The notes beneath the pieces are model-generated. The model was not told where the DNA came from. It ran no database searches and saw nothing but the letters and a program-made list of their open reading frames with translations. A stretch of DNA of 64,000 nt, taken from assembly GCF_035084215.1 (NCBI RefSeq), contig NC_090349.1, positions 35,960,001 to 36,024,000 on the forward strand, read 5' to 3'. Within the stretch, counting starts at the first letter, position 1, and the number at the start of each line of letters is the position of its first letter. The stretch comes from Heptranchias perlo. Taxonomy: Eukaryota. The position numbers were made by a program, and so were the translations under genes. Positions 23,980-36,429 of the stretch are shown here, in pieces.

Positions 23980-25748
23980 TTAGACAAAGTCAACATGGGT
24001 TTATGAAAGGGAAATCGTGACAAACCTACTGGAGTTTTTTTGAGGTTGTAACCGGTAGAATAGATAAGGGAGAACCAGTGGATGTGGTTTATTTGAATTT
24101 TTGGAAGGCCTTTGATAAAGTCCCACATAAGAGGTTAGTGTGCAAAATTAAAGCGCATGGGATTGGGGGTAATATACTGGCATGGATTGAAAATTGATTA
24201 ACAGACATGAAACAGAGAGTAGGAATAAATGGTTCTTTTTCGGGGTGGCAGGCAGCGACTTGTTTTTTTATTCGTTCATGGGATGTGGGCGTCACTGGCA
24301 AGGCCGGCATTTATTGCCCATCCCTAGTTGTCCTTGAGAAGGTGGTGGTGAGCCGCCTTCTTGAACCGCTGCAGTCCGTGTGGTGAAGGTTCTCCCACAG
24401 TGCTGTTAGGAAGGGAGTTCCAGGATTTTGACTCAGCGACAATGAAGGAACGGCAATATATTTCCAAGTCAGGATTGTGTGACTTGGAGGAGGTGAGTCA
24501 CTCGCCACAGAATACCCAGCCTCTAACCTGCTCTTGCAGCCACAGTGTTTATGTGGCTGGTCCAGTTAAGTTTCTGGTCAATGGTGACCCCCAGGATATT
24601 GATGGTGGGGGATTCAGCGATGGTAACGCCGTTGAATGTCAAGGGGAGGTGGTTAGACACTCTCTTGTTGGAGATGGTCATTGCCTGGCACGAATGTTAC
24701 TTGCCACTTATGAGCCCAAGCCTGGATGTTGTCCAGGTCTTGCTGCAAGACTAGTGGGGTACCGCAGGGATCAGTGCCCCAGCTATTCACAATATTCATC
24801 AATGATTTGGATGAAGGAACCAAATGTAATATTTACAAGCTTGCTGACGACACAACACTAGGTGGGATTGTGAATTGAGGGGAGGATGCAGAGGCTTCAA
24901 GGCAATTTAGACAAGTTGAGTGAGTGGGCAAATACATGGCAGATGCAGTATAATGTGGATAAATGTGAAGTTATCCACTTTGGAAGGAAAAACAGAAAGG
25001 CAGAGTATTATTTAAATAGTGATAGATTGGGAAATGTTGATGCACAAAGAGACCTGGGTGTCCTTGTACACCAGTCACTGAAAGCAAACGTGCAGGTACA
25101 GCAAGCAGACAGGAAGGCAAATGGTATGTTGGCCTTCATTGCAAGAGGATTTGAGTACAGGAGCAAGGATGTCTTACTACAGTTATACAGGGCCTTGAGA
25201 CCACACCTGTAGTATTGTGCACAGTTTTGGTCTCCTTACCCAAGGATATACTTGCCATAGAGGGAGTGCAGTCAAGGTTCACCAAGCTGATTCCTGGGAC
25301 GGCAGGACTGTCGTATGAGGAGAGATTGTGTAGGCAAAGCCTGTGTTCACTAGAGTTTAGAAGAATGAGAGGGGATCTTATTGAAACATATAAATTTCTG
25401 ATAGGGTTAGACAGACTGGATGCAGGAAGGATGTTTCCCCTGGCTGGGGGGTCTAGAAAGAGGGGTCACAATCTCAGGATACGGGGTAGGGCATATAGGA
25501 CTGAGATGAGGAGAAATTTCTTCAGAGGGTGGTGAACCTGTGGAATTCTCTACCATAGAAGACTGTGGAGGCCAAGTCACTGAATATATTTAAGAAGGAG
25601 CTAGACAGATTTCTAGACACAGAAGGCATCGAGGGGTATGGGGAGGGAGCAGGAATATGGTATTGAGATAGAGGATCAGCCACGATCATATTGAATGGCG
25701 GAGCAGGCGCGAAAGGCCGAATGGCCTACGCCTGCTCCTATTTTCTAT
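23980..25748 (+). mobile_element. CR1 LINE, 5'-truncated
   Basis: QHGFMKGKS, KAFDKVPH, WANTWQMQYNVDKCEVIHFG and RMRGDLIETYK. The 3' end is cctgctcctattttctat. Confidence 0.92.
24261..24748 (-). mobile_element. LINE family B 3' fragment with internal deletion, nested in CR1
   Basis: Matches 62992-63825 except for a ~340 bp deletion at ~24490. gact is repeated at both junctions. Confidence 0.9.
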
Positions 25749-26383
25749 TTAATCAATGAGCATCACCCAATCTGATCCTCGCCTGACATCTATACAAGCT
25801 TGCCTTCCAGCAGTAGATAACGATTGGGAGCAGAAACTATTAATTTTGCCTCCTTTCCCTACTCAAGCGGTGCAGAGTTTATGCTCTCATTAGATTTAGG
25901 GTATTTTATATTAATAGAGCCTCCATTTACATGCACCCAGTATACTCAACATCAACGGATGAATGTAAACCACTTACAACAATGGAAACGCACATTTTCT
26001 TGGGTCTCATGAGCAACTGCTGCCTGTTGAATCGTATCCTAAGACAATGCCTGTCGGTTGGACATAGGGTGGGGAGAATCGGCAGAAGGGGAAAAACACC
26101 GCGACTGAAATTTATTTTTAAAATTGCCTGTTAGTCACTAACCATTTACAACTCGACAAGCACAGCACAGTAACTGGAGACCTGTGAGATATTAAAGCAG
26201 TCCATCCCCTCCCGCCAAAAGATTGTAAATACAGAGATAAAACAAACCACGCCATCAACTGGAACAGTCACTTGTGTCACGGGAATAATTTATTAAAAAT
26301 ACTTTGCTCTCTGTAAAGCAGAATTTTCCTCCCATTGCTGTTAAATCCCATCCACCTCATTCTGTTTGGTGAAGCTGCTAGAC

Positions 26384-27145
26384 TTTTTTTTTTAATATAT
26401 TTGTTCATGGGATGTGGGCATCGCTGGCGAGGCTGGCATTTATTGCCCATCCCTAATTGCCCTTGAGAAGGTGGTGGTGAGCCGCCTTCTTGAACCGCTG
26501 CAGTCTGTGTGGTGAAGGTTCTCCCACAGTGCTGTTAGGAGGGGAGTTCCAGGATTTTGACCCAGCGACGATGAAGGAACGGCGATATATTTCCAAGTCG
26601 GGATGGTGTGTGACTTGGAGAGGAACATGCAGGTGGTGCTGTTCCCATGTACCTGCTGCTCTTGTCCTTCCAGGTGGTAGAGGTCGCGGGTTTGGGAGGT
26701 GCTGTCGTAGAAGCCTTGGCGAGTTGCATGCAGTGCATCCTGTGGATGGTACATACTGCAGCCACAGTGTGCCGGTGAAGGGAGTGAACGTTTAGGGTGG
26801 TGGATGGGGTGCCAATCAAGCGGGCTGCTTTGTCCTGGATGGTGTCGAGCTTCTTGAGTGTTGTTGGAGTTGCACTCATCCAGGCAAGTCGTGAGTATCC
26901 CATCACACTGCTGACTTGTGCCTTGCAGATGGTGGAAAGGCTTTGGGGAGTCAGGAGGTGAGTCACTCGCTGCAGAATACCCAGCCTCTTGCAGCCACAG
27001 TATTATTACCTCCAGGATGTTGATGGGGGACTCGATGGTAATGCCGTTGAATGTCATGGGGAGGTGGTTAGACACTCTCTTGTTGGAGATGGTCATTGTC
27101 TGGCACGAATGTTACTTGCCACTTATGAGCCCAAGCCTGGACGTT
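26384..27145 (-). mobile_element. LINE family B 3' fragment
   Basis: ORF 26535..26966(-) reads WMSATPTTLKKLDTIQDKAARLIG. Poly(A) tail at ~26384. Confidence 0.92.
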
Positions 27146-27434
27146 GGGAAACAAACAGGAAAGACTCGAGGCATGAGCTTCTACAGAACTTCCCAAACAA
27201 GCAAGGGTCAGGGGTAGGGGGGGGGGGGGCGGGGGTGGAAATAGGCTGGGCAGTTTCCAGCAAATGTTTTTTTTATTTTGGACAAAAAAGCATGGAATTT
27301 TTTCTTGTAAATTCACAACTCCTACTTTTTCAGGTACTTTTATGCATCTTAAAAATACGAATTCTCCTGCAAAATATTTAGGAACAGAAATGCCACTAGT
27401 TTAAGCAGATTCAAAACTGCATGCACTTCCCCAC

Positions 27435-27800
27435 TAACCTAGTGCAGCGCTAAGCCATAGAAAGCAGAAAGTCCCAGGTTCGATTCCTAGCCTGTGCCGA
27501 GTTAGACGGTGGAGCAGTGGTTAGAGGTTGCTTGGTCACAATGTCCCTCAGTTGTGGGGGCAAACGTGCTACAAAAATCAGCCGCGGTTTCTGCACCTGA
27601 TGATTTCCAGCCATCTGTACTAGAAAGTGCGGGTGTGTGGACATCAGCCGAGGATCAGATTGGGCTAGGCTGCAATGCCAGTCTGATGCTCACCACCGAG
27701 GCTCAACCATGACGAACGGCTACTTAAGTGAGTTAACAGAGTGCAGCTGCTACCCACAGAGCTGTACTCCCAGCTTCAGAAAAGGAGAAGATTGGAGAGT
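27435..27800 (+). mobile_element. SINE family S copy
   Basis: B box ggttcgattcc at 27477, followed by the family body (aaaatcagcc..gaaagtgcgggtgtgtggacatc..aggatcagattgggctaggctg). Confidence 0.7.
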
Positions 27801-28765
27801 GAAAAAAGGTAATGTGTTCAGCGAAACTGGTATGAAAAACTGTACAAACAGCCCACCCATCAGTTAACAGTTCTATAGACAACTGAGATCGGAAGTTGTA
27901 TTAACTTGCTTGCATTTAAAAATACAACCCAAGTCTCAAAGAGGGTCATTAAAACAGGTTTTATTGCACCAGTGCAAAGACTGCACAGTAAACACTAGCA
28001 GTTCAGTCTGGTTTGGATAACAAACTCAGTGAGAGCACTTACAAAATCCGTGATCACTGCCATTTTAAATAACATTCATTTAGGTTAGCCCAGAACAAGA
28101 ACTTGAAGTGTATGATAAAGGAAAATTTACTTCTGTATCCCCTTTTTTTGTTCTTGTATTTTGTGCTTCAACAGGCACTCTGGTTACAGATATTTAGTGT
28201 AGAGCCTCTCTTTTGGTAGCATGTGGGTGTCTAATGTTAGAAAGATTGTCAAGTACAACTTCAGTCTTCACCTCCAACACAGCAAGTTACTGATTTCCAT
28301 CAATGCCATTGTTTCAGGTCATCAGACAAAGGCTCTCACTGGCTGATCTTGCACATTTCCCAACAGCTGCTGTGTCAAGGGCAGGGAAACTCGGGGGTGG
28401 GGTGGGGGATAAGAGAAGACAGGAGAGAGAAAGTGCTACAGAGGATCTGGTGGAAGTCTGTGTATTGTGGTGTTGAGCAGAGAACCACACTTCCCGACTT
28501 TAGGATGGGTGGGGAAAGGAGTCCCAAGCTAATCCAGAGCAGCATTAAAAGAGCAAACTGCCTGCGGAGAAAATTATAGGTTTATATATCAAAAAAATAT
28601 TAGGCGTCTTTGAAATTAGTTACTACAAAACGGTTTTCTATCAGTGAGGCAGCATTTGGGTAAACAGCGACACAGTCTCTGTCTAAGAATCACTGGTACA
28701 TAAGATTGCAGCCTCAAACCAGCACCAGCTCCACAGGGCGAGCCTCAGCCTGACCAGATTATTTT

Positions 28766-28908
28766 TGATGTGGAGATGCCGGTGATGGACTGGGGTTGAC
28801 AATTGTAAACAATTTTACAACACCAAGTTATAGTCCAGCAATTTTATTTTAAATTCACAAGCTTTCGGAGATTTTCTCCTTCCTCAGGCAAACATTTGCC
28901 TGAGGAAG
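28766..28908 (-). mobile_element. Penelope-type hammerhead insert with tail and 14 bp fold-back
   Basis: TSD cagattatttttga at 28755-28768 and 28909-28922. Hammerhead on minus at 28892-28854. Short inverted arm cttcctcaggcaaa-ca-tttgcctgaggaag. Confidence 0.9.
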
Positions 28909-29464
28909 CAGATTATTTTTGAGCAGAGTTGCAATTTACTATTCTGCAGCTCAGATTGGTGACATTGCACAACTCTCTGCAGGGCTAGAATTTGATGGTG
29001 GTGGCTGATAACCAAAGAATGCACCAAAATACAAATACAGCTTTGGTTCTGTCTCGGGAGGGAAAACATACACATACCACATTTACACACTGGACTGGAG
29101 GCATGCCAGGCATTTTAGGAGTTTTCTACTCCGGACGGAAAGCACAAATTTTAGCCCTGCTGTACAGATAATCCTGGCATAATCAGCAAATGGTTGTGGA
29201 ATTAACATGTTTAAGGAAGGGCATCATGCTTTATTACAGCACTTTGAATATTCAGAGTTAATGGGGGAAAAAAAGTTCTTTATATAGAATACTCAGCAGA
29301 CCTGGGTGGGTGGTACAGAGAACACACAAATAACACGATCCCATGGCTGGAAAACATCAATGCCGAGCTGGCTGTTGGCAGCAACTGGCCTCAGCATCTC
29401 CAGGCTAAGGAGGAGAGGGGGAACAAATCTGGCTTCAATTCCAGCTCCTGATTATCCAATGATC

Positions 29465-30030
29465 ATCGACATCCATGACAGCAGCTTGCATTTATAGTGC
29501 CTTCAATGTTTTAAAAATAAAACCAACGAGGAATAAAATGAGGAAACTGATGACTAGCCAGGAAGGGAGAAATTAGGAGAGGTGGCCTAAAGATGAAAAG
29601 GTTGTGAAAAAGTTTTTGAGACACAGAGAAGTTAAATGACAATTACAGAGAACAGGGATATGGCAGCCAAAATCTCTGCCACCAAAGGGAGAAAGAGAAA
29701 TGCTCACAAAGACCAGAATGAGAGAACCTGAGCATACACAGGCTGGAGGATATTGCAAAGATAGGATGGGGCCAAGCCATGGGGTGGGGGGGGTGGGGAT
29801 TTGAAGACAAGGAACTGTGAATGTGATGTGTTGGTAACAGGGAGCCAATGTAGGTTGGTGATGGATGAGCAGGACAATATGGACAGCAGAGCTTTGGATA
29901 AGTCAGAACTAGTGGCAGTGGAGTGGGGGATGGAGGCTAGCATAAGCAAATGGAAGCTGGATGGGAACCACGGCATTTTTAAAGGGTTTCCGCAGTGGAG
30001 GTATAATAAGGCGATCTTGATGGTGAATGC
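29465..30030 (-). mobile_element. Old L2 3' fragment
   Basis: ORF fragments read LHWLPV and HGLAPSYLCNILQP. Tail ttgcatttatagtgcc. Confidence 0.7.
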
Positions 30031-31479
30031 TATGCGAGATGCAGAGCTCTGCTGGGATTGATAAAGGCACAGAGTGCATGTGATCTAGTTCAGTCTCTAG
30101 GAGTGGCCATGGGGAGGAATGGAATATGTGGCAAGATTTGCGGCAGGAGCCCAAAACAATTTTCCCAAATGTCGAGCTGGAGGAGGACCTGCCTCATCCA
30201 TGACATCTTGACAAGGCTGCAGCAGGATTAACAGAACTGAAAACTGTCTATCTACTAGGATAAATAGCAAACTTGAATAATGTAGTGGCACAGATGGTTG
30301 CACAACCAGCTTCACACAAGTCAGGCCACGACAAATCAAATAAGTGCCTGATATGTGGTCACTGTGGGAACCACGGGAGCTTATCTAAACATAAAAGATT
30401 GCATGAAGATGCTATACGCAACACGGATAGAGAACACATATTTGAAGCAGGCAGAACAAAGGGCTGGCCTTCTTCAATCCATGCACCAATCAGCCACAAT
30501 GAATTATTTATCAAATCTTTCCACTTGTTCTGAAGCACAGGTTTACTGCAAGCTTGATTCACAAGACAATGTTCAGAACTTAAAAAAATGACTGCACCAT
30601 TAAAGTCTACTGCAAAATTTAGTGAAATAAATTAAGATTTAATTCTATGTAAGGTCAGTACAGATGAGGATGGCCATTTGTACTGATTTTAACCAGTAAC
30701 ACGTGTACAGTAGTGTAGTGGTTAAGTGCCCAATGTATTATTCACCCCCCCATCCTTTTCCATTCTACTTTTAGCTATTTCTACATTATTCACAGAATAC
30801 TTAGGACAACTATGTTTCCTTTCAGTGTGTGAGACCATGCATTTATCTGTACTGAATTTCATCTATCACTGTTCTGCTCATTTAGAAGTTTAATTCACAC
30901 ACTTCCAAAAATCACCCCTTGGAGTGCTAGCACCTCTAAACAGAATTTTTTCAAGTGCTGTGCCCAAATTAGATCACAGTACCACAAAGGGTCCATCAAA
31001 GCTTAAGACAGTCGAGATGCTACTACAGCAGAGCTTTCTCCAAATGCCAAACCCTGTAGTATTATCTTGATATATGGCACTGCATTCTATCTTTGGCCAT
31101 GCAACAAATTTGCTGTACAACTAACACCAATGGCTCATTGGGTAAATGCACCATGTCGTACTTACTGAGTATTCAGTCAATACTCAGAGCCATAACTTCA
31201 AAGGTCATCATCCTGATTTTCAAATCCCTCCACCTTACTTGAGCATTCTTCTTCAGCCACATTTCCTAATCCACTCCCTTTCTCCTAACTCTGAATTACT
31301 ACTAGAATCCTATTCCTTCTGCTCCGCATATAGCCAATCATTCAGTCGCTCCATCACTGCTCTTTGGAGCTCTCCCAAAACTGCATTGCCTTTGTACCTT
31401 CTCTTCTTTCAACAACCTCTGAACATGTCTTTGCTTCTTTCCTCTTCAATCTTTGACACTCCCACTCTGCATTTTCCTC

Positions 31480-31714
31480 CTTTTAAAGCAATAAAAGAGA
31501 GTCTTCTCCATGAGGGGGTGCAGAGGGAAATAAAGGCAAATTTTTGTACATCAACCACCAGGCCAGGAGTCGGTTTCCCCGCGCTCAACTTCATTTGGAA
31601 GTGCAAGCACAGGGGCATATCAAGGGCTTGATGTGATTCCCTCTGCCCCCCACATCTGCCTCACAGTATAGCACTCCGATACTGTCTAGCTTCACAAATC
31701 AAGAATGGCAGCTA
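31480..31714 (-). mobile_element. SINE family S fragment
   Basis: tggaagtgc..gggcttgatgtgattccc..actgtctagcttcacaaatcaagaatggc resembles the family S body. Strand call is uncertain: the motifs read as in the + copies. Confidence 0.35.
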
Positions 31715-32040
31715 GAGAAGATGTTTCCACTTGTGGAGGGCGACCATAACTAGAGGCATAATTATGAGATAGTCACTAATAAATCCAATAGGGAATTCAG
31801 GAGAAACTTCTTTACCCAGAGTGTGGTTAAAATGTGGAACGCGCTGTCACAAGGAGTAGTTGAGGCGAATCGCATAGATGCATTTAAGGGGACGTTAGAT
31901 AAACATGAGGGAGAAAGGAATAGAAGGATATGCCGATAGGATTAGATAAAGAGGGGTGGGATGAGGCTCGTGTGGAGCATAAACACCGCCATAGACCAGA
32001 TGGGCCAAATGGCCTGTTTCTGTGCTGAAAATTCTACACG
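31715..32040 (+). mobile_element. CR1 3' end
   Basis: gaattcaggagaaacttctttacccagagtgtggt..tggaacgcgctg..tggcctgtttctgtgctg. Confidence 0.85.
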
Positions 32041-32290
32041 ATCAGTGGACCCGACACTGAAGGAGCAGGAATAAAAACATTAACTGTAAGAGTAAAACAG
32101 TAAGAGGGGATTTCTACATCTGTTAATTCAACTCCCTCGCTCTGGTTAGGCTTTGTGGTAAGTGAGGTCACCGGCACTCACCATAAAAACTCAACAAGGT
32201 ACAGAAGGAGGTTTTGATCAGTTTTTAAAGCAGAAGACTGCTCCTGTTACTATCTGTCTTACTGTTACTGATACTATCCTATTAAGGATA

Positions 32291-32531
32291 ATTATAAACA
32301 ATTTTACAACACCAAGTTATAGTCCAGCAATTTTATTTTAAATTCACAAGCTTTCGGAGATTTTCTCCTTCCTCAGGCAAATGTTTTTCTCCTTCCTCAG
32401 GCTAACATTTGCCTGAGGAAGGAGAAAATCTCCGAAAGCTTGTGAATTTAAAATAAAATTGCTGGACTATAACTTGGTGTTGTAAAATTGTTTATAATTG
32501 TCAACCCCAGTCCATCACCGGCATCTCCACA
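32291..32531 (+). mobile_element. Penelope-type hammerhead fold-back insert (96 bp arms, 18 nt spacer, tail)
   Basis: TSD ctattaaggata at 32279-32290 and 32532-32543. Arms 32290-32385 and 32404-32499. Hammerhead core CTGAGGA..GAAAGCTT at 32413-32441. Confidence 0.92.
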
Positions 32532-33951
32532 CTATTAAGGATAGTATTAGATTAAAAGAAGAGGCCTATAATGTTGCCAAGAGTAGTAAGCCTGAGGATT
32601 GGGAGAATTTTAGAAACCAAAGGACCAAATAATTGATAGAAAGAGAAAATCGAATATGAAAGTAAACTAGCAAGAAATATAAAGACTGATTGTAAGAGCT
32701 TCTACAAGTATGTAGAAAGGAAGAGAGCAGCAAAAGTAAAACATTGGTCCCTTTGCGGTTGAGACTGGAGAAATTATAATGTGGAAATCAGGAAACGGCA
32801 GATGCGTTAAAAAAAATATTTTGTATCTGTCTTCACAGTAGAAGACAAAAAACATACCAGAAATAGTGGGGAACCAAGGGTCTAATGAGAGTGAGGAACT
32901 TAAAGTAATTAATATCAGTAGAGAAAGAGTGCTTGAGAAACTAACAGGACTAAAAGCTGATAAATCCCCTGGACCTGATGGCCTACATCAGAGGGTTCCA
33001 AAAGAGGTGGCTGCATTATAGTGGATGCACTGGTAATGATCTTCCAAAATTCTCTAGATTCTAGAACAGTCTCAACGGATTGGATGGTAGCAAATATAAC
33101 CCCACTATTCAAGAAAGGAGGAACAGCAGAGAAAACAGGGAACTACAGGCCAGTTAGCCCGACATCAGTCATCGGGAAAATGCTAGAATCCATTAAGTGG
33201 TAACAGGGCACTTAGAAAATCATATGATTAGGCAGAGTCAACATGGTTTTATGAAAGAGAAATCATGTTGACAAATTTATTAAAAGTTTTTTGAAGATGT
33301 AACTAGCAGGATAGATAAAGGGAACCAGTGGATGTAGTATATTTGGATTTTCAAAAGGCATTCGATAAGGTGCCACATAAAAAGGTTGTTACGCAAGATA
33401 AAGGCTTATGGGGTTGGGAGTAACATTAGCATGGATAGAGGATTGGTTAACCAACAGAAAACAGTAGGGATAAACGGGTCACTTTCAGGTTGGCAGGCTG
33501 TAACTAGTGGGGTGCCGCAAGGATCGGTGCTTGGGCCTTAGCTATTTACAATCTATATTAATGACTTAGACGAAGGGACCGAGTGTAATGTATCCAAGTT
33601 TGCTGACGTTACAAAGCTAGGTGGGAAAGTAAACTGTGAAGAGGACACAGAGAGTCTGCGAATGGATATAGACAGGTTAAGTGAGTGGGCAAGAAGGTGG
33701 CAGATGGAGTATAATGTGGGGAAATGTGAGGTTATTCGCTTTGGTAGGAAGAACAGAAAAGCAGAATATTTTTTAAATGGTGAGAAACTATTAAATGCTG
33801 GTGTCCAGAGAGACTTGGGTGCCCTTGTACAAGAAACACAAAAACTAAGCATGCAGGTACAGCAAGCAATTAGGAAAGCAAATTGCATGTTGGCCTTTAT
33901 TGCAAGGGGTTTGGAGTACAAGAGTAGGGAAGTCTTACTACAATTGTACAG

Positions 33952-34170
33952 TTGTAAACAATTTTACAACACCAAGTTATAGTCCAACAATTTTTATTTG
34001 AAATCTACAAGCTTTCGGAGGCTTCCTCCTTCCTCAGGTAAATTTACCTGAGGAAGGAGGAAGCCTCCGAAAGCTTGTAGATTTCAAATAAAAATTGTTG
34101 GACTATAACTTGGTGTTGTAAAATTGTTTACAACTGTCAACCCCAGTCCATCACCGGCATCTCCACATCA
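33952..34170 (+). mobile_element. Penelope-type hammerhead fold-back insert, perfect 190 bp spacer-less palindrome plus tail
   Basis: Arms 33948-34042 and 34043-34137 are exact reverse complements. TSD tacaattgtacag (33939-33951) / tacagttgtacag (34172-34184). It interrupts the CR1 ORF. Confidence 0.93.
34044..34080 (+). ncRNA. Minimal hammerhead ribozyme motif (mirror copy on minus strand 34041-34005)
   Basis: TTAC-CTGAGGA-A-GGAG(gaagc)CTCC-GAAA-GC-T-T-GTAG. Confidence 0.75.
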
Positions 34171-36429
34171 TTACAGTTGTACAGGGCTTTGGTGAGACCT
34201 CAACTGGTGTTCTGTGTACCATTATGGTCTCAACTAAAGAAGGATATACTTGCTTTAGAGTTGGTGCAACGAAGGTTGACTGGATTAATTCCTGGGATGA
34301 GAGGGTTGTCCTATGAAGAGAGGTTGAGTAGAATGGGCCTATATTCTCTGGAGTTTAAAAGGATGAGAGTTGATCTCATTGAAACATAAGATTCTGAGGG
34401 CTTGATAGGGGAGATGCTGAGAGGTTGTTTCCGCTGGCTGGACAATCTAGAACAAGGGGGCATAGTCTCAGGATAAGGGGTCAGCCATTTAATACTGAGA
34501 TGAGGAGGAATTCCTTCACTCAGGGTGTTGTGAATCTTTGGAATTCTCTACCCCAGAGGCTGTGGATGCTGAGTCATTGAATATATTCAAGGCTGAGATA
34601 GTAAGATTTTTGGACTCTAGGGGAATCAAGGGATGTGGGGATCAGGCAGGAAAGTGGAGTTGAGATTGAACGGCTGAGCAGGCTCGAGGGGCTGTGTGGG
34701 CTTCTCCTGCTCCTATTTCTTATGTTCTTATATATACAGCACACCATTCACTAAGGATGCAGAGTATTCTACATACATTCATAAACTGGTAAAAAGCTAT
34801 TTTCCAGCACTCCAATATAATTCCAACCCTGTACTTTGTATAAGGTCTGTGCTTATGAAAAAGCAATTGGAAGCTTTTTTGTTTAAAGTTCCAATTGAGG
34901 GCGCTTTTGATCTACAACCACATCCGGTGGTAGATCTGTGGTGCAGACAGAGAGCGCAGTTGCCAGTTTTAAATCATGTCGAAACACTACTTGCAATAAA
35001 GACAAGTGGAACCCTACAAGCCCCTTTTCTACTCAGTTACGTAGGCAGGACGTGGCAAAGCAGATACTTCATGGCATCTACCATCATCTTGTTTTAGCCA
35101 GAACAAAAGTGCAGGGCAGACAAGGAGGAGGCAGGGGAAGAAGAGGGGAAATGGTAGCATAGTAGGCCACAATGTTTGCCCTCTAATGCAAAAAAGAATG
35201 GAAGGATACAGGTTCACACCTGTGGTTCTCGTATGATGAGTTACTTATCTTAAATCATGTCTTGACAGGAGAAGCTTCTCCACAAGGGGGGAGGGCAGAT
35301 GGCTGACAGGTTCCTGCACCTCCCGCCGGTGAGTCAGTGCCACATTAGCAGCAGCCAAAATCTCAGCATGTTATACAGTTTCTCCTGCTGGAAGTGCATA
35401 AATGTAGACATCGGGCAAGAGGGTTGAGCTCAGCTGTGATAGCACCCCCCCGTCACGGTTGAATACCCTGTCATCACTTGCTGTCAAAGGTCGGAGAGCA
35501 ACCGTGGAATCATACCTCAGCAGGGAGCTGGCACTTTTAGGAAAGGAGGCGAAAAATTAGCGGGGGTGGGGGGAGATATTCCCCACTGGGTTACAGCAAA
35601 AATTAGCTGACAAAATGCTCGTCTAGATCACAAAATGAGTCAAAACTACAGGGCTTTGCTATAAAAAGTCACCCACCCAAGCCAAAAGAAACACCACAGT
35701 GCAGATTTCCAATTTCTTTTTTAAAAGTCTAAATAATTCAGAGATGCTAGTGGCCTTTTGTCGTTCTGCTTTATTATGCAAAATATAGAATAAATGAGCA
35801 AGAGAGCGTGAGAGAAAGAGAAAGATTTGAAATCTGCAGATAAAATCTGACCTTAAAATAATTCTGCAAAATGCAAGTGGAGCCAGCCATAAACAGCCTG
35901 TTTTAGCTCATCACTGGATAGCCAAATGCACTAGATGTTTCGAAGCCAATCAGCTAAGTGAATCACCAGCTTTGCATTCTTCCCCCATGCAACTCGCGTT
36001 ACGGTCACTAGCCATCTCCCCCTCTCCCAGGTCACCCAACATGCTATCCTTAGCTAAACAATGATTTAATATATAATGGAGAACTATTAATACATTTCAA
36101 ATCATTTCAAACCTTGCCAAATAGATGTTTCAGTTCTGAAAATCTTCCCCGTTATTGTACATTTGCAGTGCGGGAAAAAAAATGGTCTTAGTCCAGGCAC
36201 CCAATCTAGGTACATATGACAGCTGATTCTATACAAAAGAACATGGTACTTAGTGGCACCACTGAATTACATAATCCTAAAGACAGTATTGCATTAAGAA
36301 ATCAGTAATACCATTTTTTTTTAATAAAAATTATAACTCGAGAGACAGCACATATGGACTTGTTAACTTTTGAGAAGGAAGAGGACGCAGTTTCAATCTT
36401 CGCGTAGAGTTTGCCACCTCAGCCATATT

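Larger units (their letters stand above)
32535..34730 (+). mobile_element. CR1 LINE, 5'-truncated, degenerate
   Basis: [32 protein letters not shown] and WQMEYNVGKCEV. Ends in a ttcttatg tail. Confidence 0.93.

Noticed and set aside
32290-34137. Fold-back inserts read as MITEs or pre-miRNA genes
   Set aside because: The asymmetric tail, variable 12-14 bp TSDs, variable apex and hammerhead core point to Penelope-type retrotransposition.
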